Shown here: positions 30,924-45,614 of the stretch, piece by piece
Position numbering within the stretch: the first letter of the stretch is position 1
How the letters are laid out: the number at the start of each line of letters is the position of its first letter
DNA from: the human T2T-CHM13v2.0 reference genome, Homo sapiens
Reading direction: 5' to 3' (one strand)
DNA length: 64,000 nt
NCBI RefSeq assembly: GCF_009914755.1
Contig: NC_060936.1
Translations under genes and position numbers: made by a program
The notes under the pieces: generated by a model
The model's input: the letters and a program-made list of their open reading frames with translations, nothing else
Database searches by the model: none
Told to the model about the DNA's origin: nothing

Positions 30924-32202
30924 ATACTTATTTTCAAACACAGCATCTTTTCCCAGCCTTCTTTACCCATATGCAGTTTCAGTAGTATGTAACATATCCT
31001 CTATTTATTCAGCATTATTTCATTGTTCTGGATGAGAAGAGAATTAGGAAACTTCTGGAAAGTTAGCTGCTCTATTAATTGTTTACAGATTCCATAATGA
31101 TAACTTATGGCACTTATGGGCACTGGCGCTCAGATAATTAGACATTTTAACAACATTTTACTTTCCATGACTCCAGAAGATTTTGCATTAGTCTAGACTC
31201 TTCTGGGAAAGGTATTATCGTAGAAATAATAGCCAATGCAACTTCAACAGCTTTTTTAAAAAACTAAGAGTGAAATATTCATCTCTGTTGTCACCAAATC
31301 CAAGAAAGTCACAGATCAGATATACTATCCAGCAGCCTGCTTCAATTTCTCTTTATAATACTGAATATATTTCTTTCTTGAACAGAAATCAAAGTGGTAA
31401 TATACCTTTCACTCTAGTGTAGTTGTGGATTCAAAGGAAACCCAATTTATAGACTACAGACTGACTTTACATTTTAAAAGGCAGTAAAGGAATAATCTGT
31501 AATTTCCACTGCATTCAGAAGAAATGGAAATCAGAAATTCAAAACATTTAAACATCAAACTAATGATTGTCTTAGAAAAATCACTCCAAGAAAATCTGAC
31601 TTTCTTGCTTTTCTTCTGGCAGATCATATCGTAATGTTATTTACGGGAATATTCTTCATAATTCATGAAAGATAATTTTTCTATACATTTAACACTTCTG
31701 CTGCTTTTACTTTCCTGCTGTTGAAGGATCAATAATAAAGTCTGCGTAGGCCCACTGGAGACATGAATAATAACCCAAATCCTCTTAAAAATCTAGACAC
31801 AGTCACAGCATCATCACTTTCTATTGAATAGGAATTTATTCTTATGAAGGCTTCTGACAAGCATTTTCACCCTTTGTACCTAAGATTTCATTTGATCCAT
31901 ATGATTTAAGCAGATAAAATAGATGAGTAAAATGCCTACATTTTCTCTAAAGACAGGGTCAACTGTTCAGAATTGCTTTTTTCCTCTTACAATTCTATCA
32001 TACTCACTTTAGTGTCACCATGGAAAAGTCAATTCGAAAAATATGTTATTATATCTTTCAGTACAGTTCTCTGTGTTTCAGAAAAGAATGGTGTACACAC
32101 CATGGCACAAGTGAGAGGATGAGTTTCTTGCTATAGCTCCCCTCCTGTCCTCACATATATCTTCACAGGAATGGGGTGGGTGGGGGGGGAGGTTAAATTT
32201 TA

Positions 32203-32552
<350 letters not shown>

Positions 32553-32690
32553 ATCAGGTAATTTTCTTCAAATCTGCTTAGAAATTAAGAAGAAAAGTCA
32601 GAAACATTGCATCTCTAAAAGATTGCTTTATTCCTTCATCTGCCTCTATTAACCAAGGAAAATTTGAAAGATAGGGAGAGGGAGAGAAAG

Positions 32691-33332
32691 TGATACAGGA
32701 GCTAGAAAGAAATTATTAAGGCAGATAGTGAGGGAAAGAGAGTCCTTGGCAAGGTTTCTCTTTTAATGCAAAAGCAACCCCCAAATCATTTCTTTTCTGA
32801 CAAAGAGCAGCCTGAAAAATCAAGCTGCAAGCATAGAAAAGCAAGCTAGAAGCTCGCACGGGTAAATGCTAGCAGCTGTGCCAACAGGAAAAGGCTACAA
32901 TGGAAGCCAGGCATGTTCAACATGGAGGCTCCATCTTCCCTTTTGTCAACCACGTGTACAGTAAAGAGGCAGGCAACATGGCATTAGCCAGGTAGGGAAC
33001 CCATTTGTATAATAAAAGATTAGGGTGGGGCGGCCAGTTTCTTTCTGTGCTATGCAAACAGCACACCTGGTCCGACCAATATCTCAGGCCCTATGTAAAG
33101 CAGACACCGCATCCTCAAGCTCGTCTATAAAACCCCGTGCATTTCACCACAAAACTGGAAGACCCACTCGGAAACCCATCTCTCTCTGCAGGAGACAGAG
33201 CTTTTCTCTTTTCTCTTTCACCTATTAAGCCTCTCCTCTTAAACTCACTCCTTGTGTTTGTCGGCATCCTCGATTTCCTTGGCATTAGACAATGAACCTC
33301 AAGTTTTATCCCACACAAACGATGCCATTTCA
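32691..33332 (+). mobile_element. Intact ERV1 solo LTR (MER51A-like)
   Basis: TG...CA termini, 4-bp TSD aaag, 642 bp, CCAAT (about 33076) and TATAAAA (about 33126); subfamily from memory. Confidence 0.8.
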
Positions 33333-34019
33333 AAAGGACAAAGGTTCTTTTCTTCAGGGTCATGGCACAAAAGATAGAGCCCCACTACCACCCCTCCTCA
33401 CTCACACCCTAAGAGTCTCTCCCAGGTGCTCACAGGCAGAGAACAGGTAGGAGCAGTGCCCACTCAGACCCCAAAGTGGAGGGGTCACAGAAGCTGCCCC
33501 ACTTGGGGCAGTTCGCTGACTGCTTTCATCCCCGCTGTGGCTGCAGCTGGACTCCATTCCAGCCCCAAGGGAATGTTTTGCTTCAGAGACTTGTCATCTG
33601 CATTCCCTTGCCTGAAATACTCTTTCCTCAGATTCCTCAGCCTCCAAGTCTTTGCTTAAATATCACAATCTTGTTGATTTAGGCCTCCTCTGAGCCCCCT
33701 ATTTCAAAATGTCAGTCCCTTACCGTATTTCCTCCTTGTCTCTCTTTCCTACTTTATTTTTCACCATAGCACTTACCGTCATCTGCCCCGGATGTCTTCC
33801 AGCCCCAGCCCCATATTCACTTGCCACCGTCTCAGCCCTGCCACGTGTACCAGGAGGCTGACCGGATGCTCTCCATCAACAAGCTCTGCTGTCCTTCCGC
33901 TTCCTGTCGGGTTTGACCAATAAAAGGTAGCAGAACGAGATCCAAGGAGGGAAGAGAAAGAGGTTGGGAATTTATTCTCCCAGCTCCACTCCTGCCAAGT
34001 CCCAGTGTGTTAGCTGCCT

Positions 34020-34022
<3 letters not shown>

Positions 34023-34068
<46 letters not shown>

Positions 34069-34373
34069 AGATGGAGCCTCGCTCTGTCGCCCAGGCTGGA
34101 GGCAGTGGCGTGATCTCGGCTCACTGCAACCTCTGCCTTCCGGGTTCAAGTGATTCTCCTACCTCAGCCTCCTGAGTAGCTGGGACTACAGGCGCGTGCC
34201 ACCATGCCCAGCTAATTATTTTTGTGCCTTTTTTTTTTTTTTTTTTTTTTCTAGCAGAGACAGGGTTTCACTATGTTGGCCAGGCTGGTCTTGAACTCCT
34301 GACCTCAGGTGGTCCATCTGCCTTGGACTCCCAAAGTTCTAGGATTACAGGTGTAAGCCACCATGGCCAGCTG
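34023..34373 (-). mobile_element. AluS with long pure T tract, inside an old LTR33-like remnant
   Basis: Antisense dimer, TSD g(c/t)tgcctccctttt. Confidence 0.95.
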
Positions 34374-34929
34374 GTTGCCTCCCTTTTGTGAGGACCACAC
34401 TCCCTATCAAGCAGCTCTCTCCCTTCAGCTCCCTTCTCTGAGTAACTTCTCCCTCTCCTTACTTGCAGGTGTTAAGAGCTTCTCCCTGTTACTAGCTCCA
34501 GGGCATAGCATAGCCCTTGTGCTTTAAGCACTGTTTTATTAATTACTAACCTTTATTAAGCTCTTTATTAACTACATTAAGTTAATTAGACTCTTCTCAC
34601 CATTTTGACAATGACCTTTACTTTCCAAACTGCTTTCCAAACATCATGTGGCATCTTACGTATTTTACTTAATTACTTGTTTTTCTCCCTCTGCTAAAAC
34701 ATAGGCTTCATGAAGTCAAGATTTGTCCCTTTTGCATACTACTGTATTCCCAGCACCTACGAGAGAACAGGGAACATAGTAGGAGATGAGAAAGAAGCAC
34801 TGGATAAATAACTGAATCATGAGTGAACGTATGACTTAGGAAGGGACATAGAAAGTCTAACTCCCCATCTTCTCTGTATGCTGGATCTCTGCCTTTTCAG
34901 ATGGTGTCTTCTGTTTCTTTCCTTCCTCT

Positions 34930-35195
34930 GTTTTGTTACTTTTAACTTTTGATTTTTGTAGGTACATAGGTGTACATATTTATGGGGTACATGAGATATT
35001 TTGACACAGGCATGCAATGTGTAATAATCACATCAGGGAAATGGAGTACCCATCCCCTGAAGCATTTATCCTTTGTGTTACAATCCAGTTTTACTCTTTT
35101 ATTTTTAAATGTACAATAAATTATTATTGACTATAGTCACCCTGTTGTGCTATCGAATGCTAGATCTTCTTCATTCTAATAATATTTTGTACCCT
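34930..35195 (-). mobile_element. L1MA 3' end fragment
   Basis: tatttatggggtacatgagatattttga...tgtaataatcacatcaggg. Confidence 0.85.
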
Positions 35196-35741
35196 TTTTC
35201 AAAATTTTGGTTAGTGTGGATAACAAATATTTCTCTGGGCATTATTTCAGCTCCCAATTTATACTTAACATTTTTACATAACATCATCTGGCAACATTTT
35301 AGAGAATTCACATATATAAACCCATGTAATTATAATCTGGCATCACTTCCTACTTCAAAATGTTCATAAATAGCATTGCTGAGGCAGAGGTAGAATCATT
35401 TTAAAACAAAACAAAAAAAAGAGCAGTCCAAAAGCAAGTGAAAGATCACCACCAAACCTAACTTCACGGACAACAGCAAGCAAACCTGAAGTGTAGGTTC
35501 CAGTACTCTATTTAGAAATATTAGCTAGAATATAAACCTCATGAGAGAAGGCTTTGTCTGTTTTGTCTGCTGATGTAGTCCAAGCACTAAGAGCAATATC
35601 CAGTATATATTTGGTACTCAATAAGTGTTGAATTCATGAATGAATGAACTAATGTCACCCTGAAATAAGGTACTATTTTGAAGTGACAATAGATTAGATA
35701 ATTGTTTCCAACTCCTTGCTCCCTGTTTGATTTTGGGGTTT

Positions 35742-36049
35742 TCTTTTCCTTTGGTTTGGTTTTTGTTTGAGACAGAGTCTCACTCTGTCATCTAGCCTGA
35801 AGTGCAGTGGCACAATCTCGGCTCACTGCAACCTCTGCCTCCCAGGCTCAAGCCATTCTCGTGCCTCAGCCTCCCGAGTAGCGAGATTATAGGTGTGTAC
35901 CACCACGCCCAGCTAATTTTTGTATTTTTAGTAGAGATGGGGTTTCACCATGTTGACCAGGCTGGTTTTGAACTCCTGACCTCAAGTGATCCACCTGCCT
36001 CGGCCTCCCAATGTGCTGGGATTACAGGTGTGAGCCACCACGCCCAGCC
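35742..36049 (-). mobile_element. AluS
   Basis: Antisense dimer. Confidence 0.95.
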
Positions 36050-38349
36050 CCCCTTTGTAATAGAATATCCCACCCCCACCCTTTGTCGTGTAAGGTGGTC
36101 ATTATGAAAGGAGTATTTCTCCTCACCTCCTTGATTTTGGGGGTTGGCCAACAGGATATGAGCAGAAGTAGCAATGTGCTGATTCTGCACAAAAGCTTTA
36201 AGCACAATTGCTTGATTCATCACAGCTTGCTGTTCCCATCTTCTGCCATGATAGAACAGCATGTGCAGTGAGAGGTGGCTCTTTCGACCAAGTCCCAAAC
36301 TAAGAAGAGAAGACACATAGAGCCAGCCCTCAGTCATCTGCAGCCTGAAGCCACATGTATTGTGAAAATAAATACATTTAGCTTGTTTTTCTGCAGCGTT
36401 ACCACAGCAAAAACTGACTCAATTACTGGTACCTAGAAGTGAGGTGTTGATGGAACAAAAACCATGTAGGTAGGGGAGGGGGCAAGGAAAGTGTTACAGG
36501 AAACAGAAAAATGGCAACTCATTATGTCATGACAAAACATTTGGTAAAATGATCACATATATCATTTTCTTGCCTGAGGTAACCTTTTGTGGTAAGGCTG
36601 TCAGGCTATTGCTGCCATTTTTATACGAGTGTGCCCTTCGTGACATCATTTTTAGGGCAACTTGATTTTCTGTCTCTGGAAGTACTATTTCATGAGTATA
36701 TGCAAAATAGTGATACTATAGTATGTGATTTAGGAACTAGTCTCTCATTTGCATTGGAAGTAGAGATATGATAATCTTCCATCCCATGAAGGCATTTTTA
36801 ATCCTCACAAAATTCATTGTTGTACCGTATCCTAGAACCAATTCAGTGTAACAGTTAGTTCCATGGATTTGAAGGTACTGAATATATAACTGTCTCTTTA
36901 AATTCTCTTTCAGGGTATGTAGTGAATTTTGAGACATTTACTTTTGATTTCTGCCACATGGTAATGTTTCAGAATATCACACTGAGGAACTTGTTAGAAC
37001 AGTAATATTAGTAAATATAAGATCATAATGGCCTCATATGCCAGCTTTGTCATGCAGTCTCTTATGGAATTTTCAACATTTTGTCTGCTTCCTTGATTTT
37101 CTATCTTCAGCATAAGCTTATTTGAAGATAGAGAAGCTGGCAAGTCACAATTATTTTCCTCTGCATGTGATGGGATTTTCTTAATCTAATTTTGTCATGA
37201 AATATGATACTGTATGAAGGATTTGTTTCAGTCATTTTCTACAAGAAGTTTGTATTTCTGACCCATAACTTTGCTCTCTATGCTTTCTCAATCATCATCC
37301 TTGGTGATTTTGTGAGATTTTAGACACCTTGGATTTATATTTCCTAAATCTTTTCAGAACTGCTTCAGATCTTCAAATAGTCACATCTTGGCCTGGAATA
37401 AAGATATAGATGTAGATACAGAGACAGGTACAAGTATAGACAGGTACAGGTATATAGATGTGTAAATATCTATATACACATCTATTTTTATTTATATAAT
37501 TTCTATTTATTTCTTTTTTCCTCTCTTAGCCCCATCCCCACCCCCCTTAACCTATCTCCTCATCCCCTACTCTCCTTTTATTCTCAAACTTTGTAAAGTT
37601 TACACAGGCTATTTTTGGGTTTTTTTCACCACTCCTCAATCTCACAACCTAGCTCTTATCCACATATCTGTCATGGAAATGGAAACTTATGAGATCCTAA
37701 TCACAAATCCAATGATCTTTGTTGTATGGAAGGGAGGCACGAAACATTTGATGATTTTGGCCACAGACACTGATACAGAGAATGAGGAATCTGGGGCAAA
37801 CAAGCTTAAGGGACACGGGGTGGAGGAATGGAAACTCAATGTCAGGCTTAATGACAAAAGGTGAATCCAAGGCAAATCCTACGGTAATAAAAGCAAGAAA
37901 TAAATGAAGATAAAGTCTAAGTCGAATATTGTTTCAGCTAGCTATTGCTGCATAATATCCAAAAATTTAGTGGCCTAAAACAATAATTTTATTACTTATG
38001 ACTCTGTGGGTTAGAAATTCCAGCAGGGATCAGTTGAGGTGGTTCTTCTCCACTCCACATGGTGCTGTCTGAGACCCTCAACTAGGGCTGGAGGGTCCAA
38101 GATGGTCTTGCTCATCCATCTGGGGCTTTGGTGCTGGCTGTCAACCTGGATCCATTGTTTCCACTCTGCATGGTCTCTCTCTTTACAAAGTCTCTTATTC
38201 TCTACAGAGAGCTATCAGGACTGGATGCAGACTGGAGTTTAAGTCTAATGGGTAACTAGATGAGGCTTTAGCAGGTAGAGAGAAGGAAAGGAGGTTGGGT
38301 ATCTTTTGCCTATCGGAGAGACGTGAGTTGTTGTGGCCAGAGGACACAT

Positions 38350-39340
38350 TGTAGAAAATTGTCTGTAAAGACGGCCACCAACATGCATGTTGCCTTTCCC
38401 ATCAAGAGGTAGAACCTATCTTTCTTCCCTTTGAATCTGGGCTCACTTGTGACTTGTTTTGGCCAAGAAAATGTAGCAGCAATACTCAGTGCCAGTTTGG
38501 GTCTGTCCTTTTAGAGACCTGGCAGCTTCCATTTTCATTGTGTTAGGATCCAGCCAGCATGGAAGCAAGAGTCGTGCTGTTAAATAATGGATTTCCAGGA
38601 GACAGAGAGAAAGAGATCCAGCCAGTCCTCAGCCATTCCAGTCACACTTAGCCTAGGTGCCATGTGAGTGAAGCCGTCTTGAATGTCGCAGCCCCAGCTG
38701 AGCTCTCAGCTGAATGCAACAGCATGTGTGACCCCAGCTGATACCACATGGAAGGGAGATGAGATATACCCAGTGAACCCCACCTAATTCCTAACCCACA
38801 GAATTATGAACAATAAAATTGTTGTTTTAAGCAGCTGTTTTTCGATACTTTGTGACAAAGAATCAAAGTTAGATCAGTCTCTTCTTGGACTCCAGTATCC
38901 TTCCTTATAGAATGCAATTTTAACAAGAATCCTGCCAAGTCCATTTAGCCAGAATTCCCCATCCTCAGTATCTGATCACCTTCGATACCTGATCATTTTC
39001 CTCCCCCTCCACCGGCACCCAGGTGATGTCTGATCAGCACTGCCTGCCTTTAGCAAGAATCCTGTTAGGTCAGTTCAGCCAGAATCTTCCCTTACCCCTG
39101 ATGTTTCCAGTTAGTAATTTTCCACCCACTGAGCCCACCCTGCTTCTTCTAGATAGAAATGTCCACTTTTTTGTTGTTTGAGGTTGAGCACAATCTCTCT
39201 CCCCTACTGCAGGACCCCACTGTGCCATCCCTTCACCTACCAAGATGTTCTGAAAAATGTCTGCCTTACTGTGCTTCACCGAGTGTCACGAATAATTTTT
39301 TTCTTTGACATTTGTTAGGCAACAACAGATAACTTAAACA
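38350..39340 (+). mobile_element. MLT1-type LTR interrupted near its 3' end by a MER31-like LTR
   Basis: cccatcaagaggtaga...ttgaatctgggct...aataaaattgttgttttaagc; resumes after 39310 with tttgttaggcaacaacagataac. Confidence 0.7.
38853..39310 (+). mobile_element. MER31-like ERV1 solo LTR
   Basis: tgacaaaga...ttctttgaca, TSD tttg, repeated tttagcaagaatcctg motif. Confidence 0.75.
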
Positions 39341-39630
39341 GATGTTCTCACTCTAGCCAAATGAACTGGAACTCCTGACAGGGCATCAGTTTGGTGAGAA
39401 AATAGAGTGCTAAGCAGAGAAAATGATGCAGAAGTTTACTCACATGGGTTTGGAGGGAATTCAAGGAAGGCTGGTAGCAGTCTTAATTTCTTCCACACTG
39501 AGGAATTAACTCTCAGCTAGGATGAAGAAGGAAGATGTCTTTCTAGCAGTTTGAGTCTTTGGTGTGCCCCTGCTTGTGTGCTGTGCTAACTGTGCTGGGA
39601 TAGTCACTTGTTACACAGTTCTTAGTAAGC

Positions 39631-40403
39631 AGCAGACAGATTACCATGAAGCTAATGAAGCTAATGTTCAGGCCCCCTCATTTCCACAGCCCCTTTCAAA
39701 ACTTTGGAAGAGGTTTTAGCAATGTGTTCACCTAAACAGATACATTCTAAAATTCTGCAAAATGTCATGTTGAGTGGCATGGAAGTTACAAGAATTTTGC
39801 AGATCCAGTTAAGGGGAAATTAAATTCATCATATATTTAGTTTCTGTTCTAGAGAATATTTGTGTTTGGCAGTCACGGTCTTGTAGAAGCAACTTATTTT
39901 TAGTCCTTCAGTGTTGGACTGACCTCCAGGAACGCTCCAACCACTCATCATGAAAACTTACCAGGCATTGTAACATGAAGTTGCAGGCCAGAAATAATAT
40001 CTTGATAGAGGCTTTCCCAAATTTGACAATAATCCTAAAAATGTGTATGACACTACTGATGAGCTGTAAAGCAGAGATAAACGTTTCTAAATGATTAATA
40101 AAAAACAAACTTCAATCAGCTATGCTGAATACTAAAATCTGTTATCTCAATATTTAACTTTTTATATGAAAATACAATCAAAGAACATATAGCCAAAGAA
40201 GAAGGAAAAATTATAGAGGTATATTAGGCTCTTAGTTTTCTTAAGATAGCTTGCTACATTCTGTATTTTATTTTTTTTGTGTGTGTAGCTTGTTCTTTCA
40301 TCACTTTAAATATATTTCCACACAAAATTTTGTTTTCTTTCTCTTAAGGAGTACTACAAAATTATTTAAACTTTAGGTCCATAAAACTTGAATTGATCCC
40401 AGT
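39631..40403 (+). mobile_element. Zaphod/MER115-like hAT DNA transposon remnant
   Basis: 5' end gattaccatgaagctaatgaagct...caggcccc; about 40010-40095 translates FPNLTIILKMCMTLLMSCKAEINVSK, resembling the hAT C-terminal dimerisation motif. Confidence 0.7.
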
Positions 40404-41204
40404 GACATATATTCATTTATTTCATCCCAACTAGCAAGATGCTTTTATTAATGTCTTCATTTTAAAACTGAGAAAACTAAGGGAGGGAGATATTAAGATC
40501 ACAGAGACAGCCAGTGGTGTAACCTGGATTTAAAGCCAGCAGGTTGGCTTTTGAGCCTGTGTCTTACTCATTCTCCACCCTGCTGCCCTTGAGAATAAAT
40601 GAAGTCCAGCGCTTTTCCTTAAGGAATGTGCAGTACAATAGCGGACCCTAAAAATTACAGTATATCAAGATATGTGCCAGATTAGTTATACAAGGTACAG
40701 AATTAGAAAGGAGAAATTAAATTTCTAGGATAGTAGGGGAGATTTCACAAAGAGATACCTACTTGGTTACATTAAAGTTTAAATTTGAAATTATACTTAA
40801 ACTCATGTACCTAAAATCACTGGCTCTGGTCACCAGGCAATGATTTCTAGTATTGAACTACTGTATTTATTACCTCATCCCAGATTAAGTTGATTGAACA
40901 ATAGTTTTCAAAAGCACCACAGAGATTCAAAGAATAAACTAAGGCTTTTGACAATGCTTTAACCCTCCCACCATTCCCACAAACATAACAGGAATGATGA
41001 TAGAAATGAAGAGACCACAATTCAGAGGTCCATGTGCTTATCCAGGATGATACAAATCTGATGCAAAATTAATATAGGACTAGGTTTTGTTAATCCCAAT
41101 GTAGTTTTCCATTCAGTGTTCTATATGTCCTAACCAAAACTTGGTTTTATAGATAAAAATGATGTTGTAACAGTCTCTCTGGTGGTTTTAGAAGTAGAAA
41201 CCAC

Positions 41205-41523
41205 GGGCAGGGCATAGTGGCTCACGCCTATAATCCTAGCACTTTGGGAGGCCAAGACTGACTGATCACTTGAGCCCAGGAGTTCAAGACCAGCCCAGGA
41301 AACATGACAAAACCCTGTCTCTACAAAAAATAGAAAAATTAGCCGGGCTTTGTGGCACATGCCTGTAGTTCCACCTATTCAGGAGGCTGAGGTGAGAGGA
41401 TCACCAGAGCCCAGGAGGTCAAGGCTGCAGTGAGCCGTGATCACACCACTGCACTCCAGCCAGGGTGACAGAGCAAGACTCTGTCTCAAAAAAAAAAAAA
41501 AAAAAAAAAAAAAGAAGAAGAAG
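41205..41523 (+). mobile_element. AluJ
   Basis: Dimer, TSD gaa(g/a)tagaaacc. Confidence 0.95.
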
Positions 41524-42096
41524 AAATAGAAACCTTGCTTTATAGGCTAAGGAATTCACCTTAGAATCTCATGCTACAGAAAACAAATCTAGACGTTTTG
41601 CTTTAAAATGGACAGAAAATAAACTCCATTTTTCTATAAAAAAAAAGTGACAAGTGAAATAGAGTTAATTTGATAAGTAACAATATGATGGGAGAGTAAA
41701 TATAAATAGGATTCATTAGAAAAAAATTAAAATTTAATCAACTTTAATGGGCTCCTGTATAGTCCAAGCAGCTTAAGGCACTAGATTATTTCCTATGAAA
41801 AGATCTGAGAATAGGCAGTTCAACAAGTTGAAAATTTAATTTTTGAAATAACATTAAGCAAGGACCAAATATCCATGTTAATCAGTAGCATTTAGTTATA
41901 ACTGGCTCAGTGATCAGACAATAAATTGCTTTGTAATACTAATTTGTTCGTGAGAAGATGACATTAAATTTAAAGTAATTGATGGAAACAAACTGCTAAA
42001 AGAAAAATTATGAAAGACTCACAAAAAACAAAGGAGAGAGAGTTCTTCCCCAAAAGAACATTATGGTTTTCTCTCCTGGGGGTTGCCCTTACCTCA

Positions 42097-42451
42097 TGTG
42101 TTAGTTTGTTCTCACACTGCTAATAAACATATACCCAAGACTGGGTAATTTATAAAGGAAAGACGTTTAATTGACTCACAGTCTTACCTGCCTGGGAGGC
42201 CTCACAATCATGGCAGAAGGCAAAGGAGGTGCAAAAGCACGACTCACGTGACGGCAGGCAAAAGGGCGTGTGCGGCGGAACTCCTGTTTATAAAACCACC
42301 AGATCTCGCGAGACTTACTCACTACCATTAGAACAGTATAGGGGAAACCACCCCCGTGATTCAATTATATCCACCTGGCCCCAACCTTGACACGTGGGGA
42401 TTATTACAATTCAAGGTGAGATTCAGGTGTGGACACAGCCAAACCGTATCA
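42097..42451 (-). mobile_element. THE1 (MaLR) solo LTR
   Basis: atacccaagactgggtaatttataaaggaaag...cagccaaaccgtatca; TSD (c/t)ctca. Confidence 0.92.
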
Positions 42452-43088
42452 TCTCAACTCCACCCAGCCAATCTTACTCATTCTTCAAGTTCCAGTTCCA
42501 AAGCTAAGACTAATAATCATTCCCTGATGTCATTCTTCTTTTCTGTGCTCCTTCAGTACTGTTGTCTTTTGTTCTCTTTAATTTTGTTTGCATTTATCAC
42601 CCTCACAATACTATGTGCCTTTAGTATATAACCGTATGATACAGAGCGGAAAGGAATCCTCAATATCCTTTGGTTTAATGTTTTAGTAGCAGGGTCTAGC
42701 TGAGTCCAGGCTGTAAAACAGGATTAGGGTAGAATTAAGGTAGGATTATTTGGCTGGTGGTGCTAGGAACAGAGTGAATTTTTAAAAATTGAACAATTTC
42801 AAAATTTTTATTTCTCAGTGATTAGCTTTAAATTTACATTCCTATGCACATGGAGTTATGTCAGGAAACTCTTGTTTGTACCACCTCTTTCTGGCAGCCT
42901 TCAGGAAATGAAGTAGCATCAGGGGCAGCATGTTAATCATTGATGCCGAGTGTGGCCTGGGATGAATTTGATTACAGGATTGCTGTGTACCATGTGACAT
43001 GAGGGGCTCATAACAGGCTTAAAGATGATAAAAATATTTTTTGTTCTCTTAAATATCATAGAAATAACTGGAAACATTAATAGAAATA

Positions 43089-43415
43089 CAGTTGGCTCTC
43101 TGTATCCATAGGTTCCACTTCAGTAGATTCAACCAACCATGGATCAAAAATATTTAGGGGGGAAAAACTTCACAAAGTTCCAAAAGGCAAAATTTGAATT
43201 TGCCACACACTGAGCACTATGTTGAATCCACATGAATGAGGAGATGGGTCGGCATTATATAAGTAATCTAGAGATTATTTAAAGTATACAGGAGGATGTG
43301 TGTGGGTTATTTGCAAATACTACACCACTTTATATAAGAGGCTTGAGCATTTGTGGATTTTGGTATCTGCAGGGGGTCCTGGAACCAGTCTCCCATGAAT
43401 ATAGAGGGACAGCTG
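43089..43415. mobile_element. MER2 (Tigger-family MITE)
   Basis: TA-cagttggctctctgtatcc...atatagagggacagctg-TA inverted termini. Confidence 0.85.
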
Positions 43416-43461
43416 TAATTTCTTTATAAATTGATATTGACTACATAAAGAACCTCATTGA

Positions 43462-43732
<271 letters not shown>

Positions 43733-44578
43733 TGAAAGAGCTGTTTTTGAGCCTTTGTTGGGGGATAGATGCTGAAAGAACTAGTTTTGTGAATGATTTC
43801 ATCAGTATCTGAGAGTAAGGAGAGCAAGTTTGGTGTTGGGTTAACAAATGTCGAGCAGAACTGGCTGGAGATCATGCCTGATCCTCACTGTACCATGGGC
43901 TCAGTGCAGTTTGGGATACTCTGAGGACTCAAGATCAACAATGAATGGCCTTGAAGCCATCATTCTCTGGAAGGGCATTGGCAAAAGAAGTGGTACTAAG
44001 GTACCTTGGCAATAAGAAATTGTGGGAAACCAGATCAGACTTGAAGAGAACATTTGAGATGCCTCCCCACTCCACTACCCAGGGATATCGGAAGTAATAG
44101 GCTGCAGGGACTGCAGGGTGAGAAATCTGGGTGGAGCAAGGGCTGATAAGAGCCATCAGAATTATGTGGCCTTGTTTGTGCTCTCAGGCCAGCAAGAGCA
44201 TTTGAGTTATGTTCTCATTTAACAGGTAAGGAAACAGTGATCAAGACCCCAAATGACCTGCTCAGGATTTCACAGAAAGCTAATGACAGAGCTAGGACCA
44301 ACTCCTCTCCTGATCTCCTGGCTGGAAGAATGTAGTATTAATATGGGGTTGCTGGATCAAATTGAATAATTATTTCCTCTAGTATTGCATATCATATAAA
44401 TCAATAAGAATAAAGGCCAACAAATGTTTTGTTTTTCTAGCCTGAACAAGAAGAAGCTATTGTTAAATTTGTTAAATTTGCTTGTTAAATTAACATAAAG
44501 CTTTATGTTTAAGAGTCAGAAAATTTTAATTAGGATGCCTGACTTTAATTGTGATGCTGATATTTAAATAAATCAACT

Positions 44579-44884
<306 letters not shown>

Positions 44885-45300
44885 TTAATCAACTAGTATT
44901 TATCACTCTAATGCCTCACCAACACAATATCATCAAGAAAAAAATAATTTCATTACCTTAATTTTTCTAATGATACCTTTTATCATTTTAAAATAATTTC
45001 TAATAAAACTTTTTTAGGAGAATTTTGTTTTACAACTATTGATTTTAATAGTGATAATTTACTGAGTGCTTATTATCCAGGCTCATTGCTAAGTGCTTCA
45101 AATGCATTACCGAATTTAATCTTTGCACAACCGCATGAGGTAGGTAATGTTACTTTTTTAAATTCATAGGTAAGAATAAATATTAGAGACTTTAAGTACA
45201 TGCCTAAGGTCAGTCTCAAATAAGTGACATTGCTCAGTAGACTGGGATCCAGAGCCTAGGCTCTTTACCACTATACACTATAGCTTTACAGACTGCCCTT

Positions 45301-45614
45301 GGTTTGTTGTTGTTTTGTTTTTTGTTTTGTTTTTTGAGACAGAGTATTGCTTTATCACCCAGGCTGGAGTGAGGGTTGCAATCATGGCTCACTGCAGCCT
45401 CAATGTCCCAGGCTCAAGCGATCCTCCCTCCTCAGCCTCCCAAGTAGCTGAGACTACAGGTTCGTGCCACTGTGTCCAGCCAATTTTCAAAAGCTTTTTG
45501 TAGAGACAGAGTCTCACTTTGTTGCCCAGGCTGCTCTCGAGCTCTTGGGCTCAAGCAGTCTTCCCACCTCATCCTTCCAAAGTGCTGAGATTACAGCCAT
45601 GAGCATCGCACCAG
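45301..45614 (-). mobile_element. AluJ (adjacent to a MIR at about 45050-45280)
   Basis: Diverged antisense dimer. Confidence 0.9.

Noticed and set aside
42185-42202. THE1 LTR as a classic PRDM9 hotspot
   Set aside because: The motif position reads CCTCCCAGGCAGG on the minus strand and does not match CCNCCNTNNCCNC.
44205-44235. AG|GTAAG motifs at about 44225 and 45169
   Set aside because: Both lie in MIR-like sequence where the consensus is one or two changes from this motif.
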